Assembly: GCA_963823035.1 (NCBI GenBank)
Contig: CAWGKG010000014.1
Location: 512,001 to 576,000, forward strand
Length of the DNA stretch: 64,000 nucleotides
Direction: 5' to 3'
Source of the DNA: an uncultured Gemmatimonadales bacterium
Lineage (GTDB): Bacteria > Gemmatimonadota > Gemmatimonadetes > Longimicrobiales > Gaopeijiaceae
The notes below the pieces were generated by a model that was not told where the DNA came from, made no database searches, and was given only the letters and a program-made list of their open reading frames with translations. Positions 1-8,536 of this stretch are shown piece by piece (positions within the stretch are counted from its first letter, which is position 1; each line of letters begins with the position of its first letter). The translations under genes and the position numbers were made by a program.

Positions 1-51
1 GACGAGGGCGAGCAGGGTGGGAACGAAGCCACGCACGAGCGAACGGCGCAT
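1..51 (-). CDS. 5' end of a secreted protein running off the window edge
   Basis: ATG at 51 preceded by GGAGG; reads MRRSLVRGFVPTLLALV, which resembles a signal peptide. Confidence 0.55.
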   Translation of the reverse strand, partial: MRRSLVRGFVPTLLALV

Positions 52-219
52 GTTTCGGCCTCCGGATGGAACGAGGGGCAGCCGGGAGTGGAATCGGAGG
101 GGGAGGATGCGGTGCACCCTCGCGTGAGGCAAGCCGGGGGAGGGCCCGAGGGGGAGGGCCCGACACGGGGGAGGGCCCGGACCTTGCCCCGGCGCCCGCC
201 CCGGCGTTACAACGGCGGC

Positions 220-1626
220 ATGCGCGCTTCCATCGCTCGTCCCGTCCTCGCAGCCACAGCCCTCCTCCTCGCTGCCTGCACCACGAGCGAGCCCGCCTCG
301 TCCCCGCCGGCGGAGGCGTCGCGCAGGGCCGTGCACGCGGTGCCGGGACTCCCCGCCGACACGGCCTTCGCCGCCGAGGTCCGCGAGGCGTTCTTGCACG
401 CCTGGAACGGCTACGTCGAGAACGCGTGGGGCCACGACGCCCTCCGCCCCCTGAGCGGCGGGTGGCGTGACTGGTACGACGTATCGCTCCTCATGACGCC
501 CGTCGACGCGTGGGACACCATGCACCTCATGGGGCTCGACGCGCAGGCGGACAGCGCGCGCGACCTGATCTTCGCGCAGCTGAGCTTCGACCAGGACATG
601 ACCGTACAGGTGTTCGAGGTCACCATTCGGCTCCTGGGCGGCCTCCTGTCGGCGTATCAGATGGACGGTGACGTGCGCTGGCTGGAGTTGGCCCGCGACC
701 TCGGGGATCGGCTGATGCCGGCCTTCGACTCCCCCACCGGCATGCCCTACGTGCGCGTGAACCTGGCGACCGGCGCCGTGGCCGAGCCGGAGAACAACCC
801 GGCGGAGATCGGCACGCTCACGCTGGAGTTCGGACAGTTGTCCCGGCTCACGGGCGACGCGCGCTACTACGACGCCGTGAAGCGCGGCGTCATGGCCGTC
901 TTCGACCGACGCTCGCCCCTCGACCTGGTGGGCACGGTGATCGACGTCGAGAGCGGCGAGTGGAAGAGCACGGACAGCCACATCGGCGGCCGCATCGACT
1001 CATACTACGAGTACCTGCTCAAGGGGTGGCTCCTCTTCGGGGACGAGGACTACCGGCACATGTGGGAGGTGAGCCGGGCCGCCATGAACGCCCACCTCGC
1101 CGAGACGGTGGACGGACACCTCTGGTACGGGCGGGTGGACATGGCGACCGGAGAGCGTACCGGCAGGCGCTTCGGCGCGCTCGAGGCCTTCCTTCCGGCC
1201 GTGCTCGCCCTGGGCGGGGACCTGGACCGGGCGACGCGGCTCGAGGAGTCGGTGGCGCTGATGTTCACGACGTTCGGGGTCGAGCCGGAGTCGTTCGACT
1301 ACGAGACGATGGAGATGCGCTACCCCGGCTATCCGCTCCGGCCGGAGGCGATCGAGTCGGCGTACTACCTCTACGCGCTCACGGGCGACGAGCGCTGGCG
1401 CGCGATGGGGCGGGACTTCTTCCACCGGATCGCGGCCGCGGCCCGCGTCGACCGGGGATTCGCCCACCTCACGGACGTGCGCACCGGCGAGCACGACGAC
1501 GCCATGGAGTCCTTCTTCCTGGCCGAGACGCTGAAGTACGCCTGGCTGCTGGCCAACCCCGGCGCGCTGGACTTCGACGCGGTGGTGTTCAACACGGAGG
1601 CGCACCCCCTCCGACCGGTCGGGTGA
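220..1626 (+). CDS. Glycoside hydrolase family 47 (alpha-1,2-mannosidase-like) lipoprotein
   Basis: Lipobox LLLAAC; GH47 motifs FEVTIRLLGGLLSAY, DSYYEYLLK, LRPEAIES, MESFFLAETLKY, FNTEAHP. Confidence 0.92.
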   Translation: MRASIARPVLAATALLLAACTTSEPASSPPAEASRRAVHAVPGLPADTAFAAEVREAFLHAWNGYVENAWGHDALRPLSGGWRDWYDVSLLMTPVDAWDTMHLMGLDAQADSARDLIFAQLSFDQDMTVQVFEVTIRLLGGLLSAYQMDGDVRWLELARDLGDRLMPAFDSPTGMPYVRVNLATGAVAEPENNPAEIGTLTLEFGQLSRLTGDARYYDAVKRGVMAVFDRRSPLDLVGTVIDVESGEWKSTDSHIGGRIDSYYEYLLKGWLLFGDEDYRHMWEVSRAAMNAHLAETVDGHLWYGRVDMATGERTGRRFGALEAFLPAVLALGGDLDRATRLEESVALMFTTFGVEPESFDYETMEMRYPGYPLRPEAIESAYYLYALTGDERWRAMGRDFFHRIAAAARVDRGFAHLTDVRTGEHDDAMESFFLAETLKYAWLLANPGALDFDAVVFNTEAHPLRPVG

Positions 1627-1635
1627 GGTTGGTCG

Positions 1636-2217
1636 TCAGGATCCCCGGAGCCGTACCGGAATCTCGAGCCTGGTGTGCTCCCACGTCATGACGATGCGCC
1701 CCGAGTCGGGCCCATCCTGCGTCCACACGTAGCTGAGCTGCTCGACCATCTCCGGGATCCTCTCCACCGGCCGGTCGAAGCTGCCGACGTCGGCGCGCCG
1801 CACGTCGTCGTTGATCGGGATGCCCCAGCGCTCGGCGCTCCGGTTCACCACGATCTTCCACGTGCCCTCGTCGGGCACGGCGTAGAGGGAGTAGTCGCCG
1901 GGACTCACCTGCACGCCTCCGATGTCAGCCGGGAAGGGGAGGTGGAGTGCCGTGGCCTCGTTCGCGCCCATCCGCCATGGGGTGCCCCAGGGCACGAGGC
2001 CGCCCATGACCTTCCGGTCCTTCGCCGAGGGTCGCCCGTAGCAGAGCGTCGCCTCCTCGCCTCCTAGCATGATGGACGTCGCGCCGAGCGGGCTGGGCCG
2101 CTGCATCGCCTCCGCCGGCGTGGCCGACGTCAGGTAGCACGCCGAGATGTCCTGGGCGCGCACGGGGGCCGCCGCGAGGGCGAGCGCCGCGAGGGCGAAG
2201 AGGGGTACGCTAGGCAT
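1636..2217 (-). CDS. DUF2911-family secreted protein
   Basis: Signal peptide; RPSP, YGRPS, LVPWGTPWRMGANEAT, YSLYAVP motifs. Confidence 0.85.
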   Translation of the reverse strand: MPSVPLFALAALALAAAPVRAQDISACYLTSATPAEAMQRPSPLGATSIMLGGEEATLCYGRPSAKDRKVMGGLVPWGTPWRMGANEATALHLPFPADIGGVQVSPGDYSLYAVPDEGTWKIVVNRSAERWGIPINDDVRRADVGSFDRPVERIPEMVEQLSYVWTQDGPDSGRIVMTWEHTRLEIPVRLRGS

Positions 2218-3388
2218 TCCAGATCTCTCCGAGCACACGTTGGAAGTTGCCGCCGAGGATGCCGCGGATGGCGTCGTCGCCGTACCCGCGGCGAAGGAGT
2301 CCCTCCGTCACGTCGAACATCCTCCTGGGATGGTCGATGCCCTCGATGTCGATCTTCTGGCGGAAGGCATAGCTCCCCTTGTACGCAGCCTTGAGCCGGG
2401 CGTAGTCGTCGGGGGGCATCGCGTCGTAGCCGTGCAGGTCGATGTCCGAGCCCACGCCGAGATGCTCGACGCCGACGAGGTCGCGGACGTGGTCGAAATG
2501 CTCCAGGTAGTCCTCGATCGTGGTGGGCTCCGAGCCCTTCACGAAGTTGCGCACCCCGGTGATGCCCATGACGCCGCCCGTGGATGCCATCTTGCGGATC
2601 GCGTCGTCCGTCTTGCAGCGCGGGTGGCCCGGGTTGAGCGCGCGCGCGTTGGAATGCGTGAAGAGGACGGGCTTCCTGGAGACCTCGCATGCGTCCAGCG
2701 TCGTCCGGTCGCCCGAGTGGGACACATCCACGGCCATCCCCACGTCGTTCATCCGCTCGACGATGGCGACGCCGAAGTCGCTGATGCCCCCGTCGACCCG
2801 CTCCGTCGATCCGTTACCGATCATGTTGCGGGCGTTGTACGTGAGCTGGCTCACCCGTTGGCCCAGGGCGTGGAATGCGTTCACGTCGTCGGGACCGCGG
2901 AAGTGCTCCGAGTTCTGCAGGCCGATGAGGATGCCCCTACGCCCCGACCCGTGGACCGTGGCGAGGTCCGCGGCCGAGTCGATCCGCACGAAAAGGTCCG
3001 GACGGTTCGCGACGATGCCGTCGTAGTGCGCCACGAAGGCGAGCACATTCTGGTAGGCCTGCTCCGTGGTCGGTCCTCCCACCCCGACCGCGACGTGGAA
3101 CACGTCGATGCCCGAAGCGCGCACCTCCTCGAGGTCCGCGTCGCCGAAGGCGTCCAACGCGGGTCCCCACCGCGTCGCCACCGCGTCGTTGAGCGTGAGC
3201 GGGGAGAGCATGTCGATCACCAGCGAGCTCCCGACCAGCTCGATGCAGCGGGCGGAGTAGTCGCGTGCTCCGCCGGCCCACAGGCGGTAGCGCCCGAGGT
3301 TCACGAAGGGGGCGAGGGCGGACGCCGCTGCGGCGCCCGCCAGGCTCCCGAGCAGCTCGCGGCGGGAGATCGGGGCAGATCGTGTCAT
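2210..3388 (-). CDS. Membrane dipeptidase (peptidase M19), Tat-exported
   Basis: SRRELL twin-arginine leader; QLTYN, DVSHS, FTHSN, GSDID amidohydrolase motifs. Confidence 0.88.
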   Translation of the reverse strand: MTRSAPISRRELLGSLAGAAAASALAPFVNLGRYRLWAGGARDYSARCIELVGSSLVIDMLSPLTLNDAVATRWGPALDAFGDADLEEVRASGIDVFHVAVGVGGPTTEQAYQNVLAFVAHYDGIVANRPDLFVRIDSAADLATVHGSGRRGILIGLQNSEHFRGPDDVNAFHALGQRVSQLTYNARNMIGNGSTERVDGGISDFGVAIVERMNDVGMAVDVSHSGDRTTLDACEVSRKPVLFTHSNARALNPGHPRCKTDDAIRKMASTGGVMGITGVRNFVKGSEPTTIEDYLEHFDHVRDLVGVEHLGVGSDIDLHGYDAMPPDDYARLKAAYKGSYAFRQKIDIEGIDHPRRMFDVTEGLLRRGYGDDAIRGILGGNFQRVLGEIWNA

Positions 3389-3400
3389 GTCGGCCGGCTG

Positions 3401-4627
3401 CTAGCCCGCGTAGGCTCTCAAGAGGTCGAGCACGTGGTCGATGTCCGCCTCCGTGTGGTCCGCGTTGACCTGCGTGCGGATCTCCTCGTCCCCGCGCGGC
3501 ACCACCGGGAAGGCGAGACCGGTCACCAGGACGCCGTGCTCGAAAAGGTAGCGCACGAGGTCGCGCGTGCGCTGGGTGTCGCGGATCATGAGCGGCACCA
3601 CCGGATGCTCGCCCGGGATCGTCTCGATGCCCGCGCTCGCGAGGCCGGTCTCGAACCGACTCGTGAGCGCGCGCAGCCGCTCCAGGCGCCGTACACCCTC
3701 GGGCGAGTCCACGATCTCCAGCGACTTCAGCGCCGCCGCGGCCTCACCCACCGTGATCGGGTTCGAGTAGATGTACATCATCGACGTCTCGCGCAGGAAA
3801 CGCACCGTGGCCGCGTTGCCCGCAACGTATCCGCCGTTCACGCCGAACGCCTTGCCAAGCGTGCCGACCAGAACGTCGACCGGCGGGCTGCCCGTGTACT
3901 CCTCCGTGCCCCGCCCCGTGCGCCCGAAGGCGCCCACGCCGTGGGAGTCGTCGGCCAGGAGGACCACGTTCTCCTCGTAGTCGTCGTCGTGCGCCCGGCA
4001 GATCGTAACGATCTCGTCGAGCGGCGCATGGTCGCCTCGCATCGAGAAGATCCCGTCGGTGACGACCAGGGCGCGCTTCGCCTTCCCCTTCCACTCCGTG
4101 AGGCGCGCGTCCAGCTCGGCCAGATCCAGATGCCTGTAGACGTCCTTGCCGGCGGGCCGGGCCAGCCGCATCGCATTGATGATGCAGTTGTGGTTCAGCT
4201 CGTCGGAGATCAGGACCGTCTCGGACGTGACCAGCGGCACGATGGTGGACACCACCGACGCGTACGCCGACGAGAACACCATCGCCGCCTCGCGCCCGTG
4301 GAAGGCGGCCAGACGCCTCTCGAGGCGGACGTGCGCGTCGTACGTCCCGCTGATGAAGCGCACCGCGCCGGGCCCGGCGCCGAAGCGCTGCGTGGCCTCC
4401 TCCTCGGCGCGCACCACCTCGGGGTGCAGCCCCATCCCCATATAGGAGTTCGAGTTCATGCGCATGAACTCCTTGTCCCCCTGGCCCTGCAGGAGGAAGC
4501 GGGGGCCGCGATCCCCCTCCGCGTGCTTCACGCCCACGACCACGGCCTCCTTCCCCTTCGCGGTTCCGGCGTCCTCCAGCCCCTTCACATGGGCTTCCAG
4601 CACGGCGCTCAGTCGGTCGAGCGGCAT
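3401..4627 (-). CDS. kbl: 2-amino-3-ketobutyrate CoA ligase (glycine C-acetyltransferase), PLP class II
   Basis: SNSYMG, SDELNHNCII, DGIFSMRGD, DDSHGVG, TLGKAFG; directly downstream of threonine dehydrogenase. Confidence 0.85.
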   Translation of the reverse strand: MPLDRLSAVLEAHVKGLEDAGTAKGKEAVVVGVKHAEGDRGPRFLLQGQGDKEFMRMNSNSYMGMGLHPEVVRAEEEATQRFGAGPGAVRFISGTYDAHVRLERRLAAFHGREAAMVFSSAYASVVSTIVPLVTSETVLISDELNHNCIINAMRLARPAGKDVYRHLDLAELDARLTEWKGKAKRALVVTDGIFSMRGDHAPLDEIVTICRAHDDDYEENVVLLADDSHGVGAFGRTGRGTEEYTGSPPVDVLVGTLGKAFGVNGGYVAGNAATVRFLRETSMMYIYSNPITVGEAAAALKSLEIVDSPEGVRRLERLRALTSRFETGLASAGIETIPGEHPVVPLMIRDTQRTRDLVRYLFEHGVLVTGLAFPVVPRGDEEIRTQVNADHTEADIDHVLDLLRAYAG

Positions 4628-4631
4628 GGTC

Positions 4632-5570
4632 TCATCCTCTCAGGTGCGCGAACATGTCGGCCGTCATCGCGGCCGCGTCGTACTCGGGATTCCACCCCCA
4701 CTCGTCACGTGCGGCCGTATCGTCGATCCGGTCGGGCCAGGACTCCGCGATGGACTGGCGGACCGGGTCGACGTCGTAGTCGAGCGCGAAGTCGGGGACG
4801 TGCTTACGGATCTCTGCGGCCAGCGTCTCCGGCGCGAGCTGCATGGCCGTGACGTTGAAGGCGTTACGGTGCGTGAGCCGGTCGGGATCCGCCTCCATGA
4901 CGCCGATCGCCGCGCGGATGGCGTCCGGCATGTACATCATGTCGAGCTGCGTGCCCTCGCCGAGGAAGCAGGTGTAGCGGCCGTGCTCCACCGCCTGGTA
5001 GAAGATGTCCACCGCCCAGTCGGTGGTACCGCCCCCGGGAGGCGCACCGTAGGAGATCAGCCCCGGATAGCGCACGCCGCGCGTGTCGACGCCGTAGCGG
5101 CGGTAGTAGTAGTCGCACAGCAGCTCGCCCGCGACCTTCGTGATCCCGTAGACCGTACGCGGGCGCATGATGGTGTCCTGCGGCGTCGGGTTCTTCGGAC
5201 TCTCGGGACCGAAGACGCCGATCGAGCTCGGCGTGAAGACCCTGCAGCCCTGCTCACGCGACACCTCGAGCACGGCTTCGAGCGCCGTCATGTTCACGTG
5301 CCAGGCCAGGCGCGGGTCACGCTCGCCCACGGCCGAGAGGATGGCGGCGAGGTGGAAGACGGCGTCCACGTGGTGGCGCATCACGGCCTGCCCCACGGCC
5401 CGGACGTCGGTGGCGTCGAGCACCTGGAAGGGTCCGGCCTCCACCACGTCGGCGCCCAGGGTGCGGATGTCCGTCGCGAGAACGGCGTCATCGCCGTAGG
5501 TCCTGCGGAGCTCGGGCACGAGCCACGAGCCGATCTGGCCGCCTGCGCCGGTGACGAGAATACGCTTCAA
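4632..5570 (-). CDS. tdh: L-threonine 3-dehydrogenase, SDR/GalE-like type
   Basis: TTG start at LKRILVTGAGGQIG; HLAAILSAVGE, YGITKV, PGGGTTDWAV, MMYMPDA; cotranscribed with kbl. Confidence 0.85.
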   Translation of the reverse strand: MKRILVTGAGGQIGSWLVPELRRTYGDDAVLATDIRTLGADVVEAGPFQVLDATDVRAVGQAVMRHHVDAVFHLAAILSAVGERDPRLAWHVNMTALEAVLEVSREQGCRVFTPSSIGVFGPESPKNPTPQDTIMRPRTVYGITKVAGELLCDYYYRRYGVDTRGVRYPGLISYGAPPGGGTTDWAVDIFYQAVEHGRYTCFLGEGTQLDMMYMPDAIRAAIGVMEADPDRLTHRNAFNVTAMQLAPETLAAEIRKHVPDFALDYDVDPVRQSIAESWPDRIDDTAARDEWGWNPEYDAAAMTADMFAHLRG

Positions 5571-5648
5571 GGGAGGGGCTCCCGGAGGGTCACTAGGGGT
5601 TCTGAACGCCCGGAATCTAGCCACGAGGACGTGGCGCGGCGACCGGGG

Positions 5649-6311
5649 ATGGACGCGGCGTTCAGCGCGCTGGGGATCACGCGACAAAAGGACCCCGTCG
5701 ACTTCGCGGACATCGACTTCGGTGCGAACGCGGCTCTCCTGGACGAGGCGGTCGCGGCGGGCGTGCAGCGGTTCGGCGTCATCGCGGCGGTGGGGCACGA
5801 GCTGTGCCGCGGCTTGAAGCTCGTGGAGGCGAAGGAGCGCTTCGTCGCGGAGTTGGCGTCGGCTCCCGTGGGCGGCGTCGTGGTGCGCGCCACGGGGTTC
5901 TTCAGCGACGTCGGGGAGATCTTCCGGATGGCGCGGCGCGGAACCGTCTTCCTCGTCGGCGACGGGCGCGCGCGGGTCAACCCCGTGCACGGAGCTGACC
6001 TGGGCGCGGCCTGCGTCGACGCGCTCTTCGGCACGGCGCGCGAGGTCGCCGTGGGCGGTCCCGACACCTTCACGTGGGAGGAGGTCGCCCGGCTCGCCTT
6101 CACGGCGCTCGGGCGCCGCCCGCGCATCCTCAGGGTGCCCGCGGCCTTGGCCCGGGCGGCGCTGCTGGCCGTCCGACCGTTCAACGCCCGCGCCTACGAC
6201 ATCGGGTCGTTCATGGTGCGCGTGTCCACGCACGACGTGCTGGCGCCCGCCCGCGGGACGCATTCGCTCTCGGCGTTCTTCGAAGGGCTGGCGGCCGAGA
6301 CCGGGGGTTAG
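5649..6311 (+). CDS. Atypical SDR / NAD(P)H-binding protein, apparently lacking its N-terminal Rossmann motif
   Basis: SALGITRQKD, IDFGAN, RATGFFSD, GDGRARVNPVHGADL, VGGPDTFT; no GxxGxxG upstream in frame. Confidence 0.65.
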   Translation: MDAAFSALGITRQKDPVDFADIDFGANAALLDEAVAAGVQRFGVIAAVGHELCRGLKLVEAKERFVAELASAPVGGVVVRATGFFSDVGEIFRMARRGTVFLVGDGRARVNPVHGADLGAACVDALFGTAREVAVGGPDTFTWEEVARLAFTALGRRPRILRVPAALARAALLAVRPFNARAYDIGSFMVRVSTHDVLAPARGTHSLSAFFEGLAAETGG

Positions 6312-6331
6312 CAGGCCGCCCGGGTCCGCGC

Positions 6332-7837
6332 TCAGTAGCCCGCGGCGCCCTCCCGCACGGCCTGCAGCGACCAGGACATGAAGTCCCGCAGGTCCTGGTT
6401 CGCCGTGACGATGTCCTCGGAGCGCAGGTACATCATGTGCCCGCTCCGGTAGCCCTTCCAGCGCATGCGGTCCTGGAGGCGCCCGGCGGGATCGAGGTTC
6501 CACATCGTGTATCGGGCAGCGAAGTAGTTCGTGCCGCCGTCGAAGTAGCCGCTCTGCACGAAGAGGTGCAGGTGGGGGTTCTCGGACATCGCCTCGCGCA
6601 GGTTCTCCCCCGTCCGGTCTCCCTCCCGGTTCCACGGGTTCACGGGGCCGAAGAGGTAGTACTGCAGGTCCGTCTCGAAGCCGAGGTCGTTGCGCAGGTA
6701 ATCGTTGATGGCCGGCGCGAACGCGTGGTTCCAGGCGCTCATCGCGGGGTCGTAGTCGTAGCCTTCGCCCGCGTCCTGTCGGTCCTTGCCGCGGTAGCGC
6801 GCGTCGAGGCGACCGACCGTGAGGCCCTGGTCGCGCAGCAGCTCCTTGCGGAACTCGCCCACGCCGGGCCGGAGGTTGTGGTCGAGGTACCACTGCGCCG
6901 ATACGCCCGTCCACCGTGCCGCCTGTCCGGCGATCTCGCGGCGCTCGGCGTCGGTCAGCGATCCGGCGCGCGCCAGCGCGGGGAGGAGGGTGTCCAGCGT
7001 CCACCGCTCCACCTCGGGGAGGATCTCCGCGAGGTCGCGCTGCTGCAGGGCCGGGTCGAGCCGGCGGTGGTACCACGCGGTGGCGGTGAAGTTGGGGAAC
7101 GCCAGGGCCTCGCCCACCGGCCCGTCGCGCGGAACGCCCAGCGCGGTGGGCGACACGAGGATCACGCCGTTGAGGTACATCCACTGGCTGGATTGCAGCG
7201 CCTGGGCGAGCCCCGCCGCGCGCGTCGTGCCGTAGCTCTCGCCGATCATGAACTTCGGGGAGCGCCAGCGATCGTAGCGGGTGACGAACGTGCCGATCCA
7301 ATCGGCGAGGTAGGCGATGTCCTCGTTCACGCCGAAGAAGCGGGAGCGCGGCACGTCACCGACGATCCGCGAGAACCCGACGTTCACCGGATTCACGTAG
7401 ACGATGTCGGTCACGTCCAGGATCGAGTTCGGGTTGTCCCGCACGCCGTACGGCTGGATGGGATAGCCCTCGTCGTCGATCACCAGTTGTTTCGGCCCCG
7501 TGTAGCCGAGGTGCATCCACAGCGAACCCGACCCCGGACCCCCGTTGAAGGAGATCGTGAGCGGTCGCTCGGCGCGGTTCTGCACGTCGGAACGCTCGTA
7601 GTACGTGAACAGGAGCGACGCGATCGGCTTCCCGTCGTCGCCGAAGACGGGGATCGTCCCGACGGTCGCGTGGTACGGCACACGCTGCCCCCCGATCGTC
7701 ACGACGTGCTCCGTGGTGATCGCGGTGTCCACGGGGAGTCGCGCCTCCTGCGCACCCAGGTCGGCGACGCCGACGAGTAGGGCGAGGGAGAGGGTCGGCA
7801 GAAGGGCGGCGGGGGGCGTCCGGCGCGTCGAGCGCAT
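6332..7837 (-). CDS. Serine carboxypeptidase S10 family, secreted
   Basis: Signal peptide; FNGGPGSGS, GESYG nucleophile, GYFDG, SGHMMY. Confidence 0.92.
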   Translation of the reverse strand: MRSTRRTPPAALLPTLSLALLVGVADLGAQEARLPVDTAITTEHVVTIGGQRVPYHATVGTIPVFGDDGKPIASLLFTYYERSDVQNRAERPLTISFNGGPGSGSLWMHLGYTGPKQLVIDDEGYPIQPYGVRDNPNSILDVTDIVYVNPVNVGFSRIVGDVPRSRFFGVNEDIAYLADWIGTFVTRYDRWRSPKFMIGESYGTTRAAGLAQALQSSQWMYLNGVILVSPTALGVPRDGPVGEALAFPNFTATAWYHRRLDPALQQRDLAEILPEVERWTLDTLLPALARAGSLTDAERREIAGQAARWTGVSAQWYLDHNLRPGVGEFRKELLRDQGLTVGRLDARYRGKDRQDAGEGYDYDPAMSAWNHAFAPAINDYLRNDLGFETDLQYYLFGPVNPWNREGDRTGENLREAMSENPHLHLFVQSGYFDGGTNYFAARYTMWNLDPAGRLQDRMRWKGYRSGHMMYLRSEDIVTANQDLRDFMSWSLQAVREGAAGY

Positions 7838-8046
7838 GGGTTCCTCGCGTTTTCGGGTGATCGCAGGTGGCGAATGCTGCGCGCCGGCACGGCCCGGGGC
7901 AAGCCGGCCGTCGGCGCGCACACCGGCGGCGGTCGAAAGGGTGCCCGCGCACGTCCCAACGTGCGATATTGGAGGTGCGGAGGGCGCCCGTCGGGTGCAC
8001 TGCCCCCTCACGCACGAAACGGCCTACTTACGTGAGGAGGCGCAGT

Positions 8047-8536
8047 ATGCGCACCGGCCTCCTGTCCTTCGTGTCCCTCTGCCTCCTTGCGGGGTCCGCG
8101 CAGGCTCAGACCTGCAGCAAGACGCCGCGCACCCTTCCTCCCCGACCTCTTCCCGCAGAGCGCCGCGGGACTTCCACTGGAGTTCTCCACGGCGCCGGGC
8201 GCGGGCTGCATGGCCCTCTACCGTCCCGCCGACAACGAGGCGCGCCGCACGGTCCTGTGGGCCAGCGTGAGCGCGGAAACCGAGCCCGACGCGAGGATGG
8301 GAGACTCGGCGGCGGGGGTCCTGAGCTGGCTGTCCGGCAACTCCGGCACGTCGATCGTGATGGTGGACGACTGGCCCGTGGGCTTCTCGCAGAAGGCGAC
8401 CGGTGACGAGTTCCTGACCGTGCGCGGGTCCGTGCGGATCAAGATCTCCGTCAAGAACGGCGACCACGGTGACGCGAGCAAGAGTCTCGCGGTTCCGCTG
8501 ATCCAGCAGATGCTCGCGAAGGTGCCCTGCGGGTGA
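8047..8536 (+). CDS. Small secreted hypothetical protein (frameshift near 8125)
   Basis: GAGGAGG RBS; signal peptide MRTGLLSFVSLCLLAGSAQAQ in one frame, continuing in ORF 8087..8536; stop overlaps next start (GTGA). Confidence 0.6.

Noticed and set aside
2147..4852. 901-aa plus-strand ORF
   Set aside because: Antisense shadow of the dipeptidase and kbl genes in high-GC DNA, with no motifs
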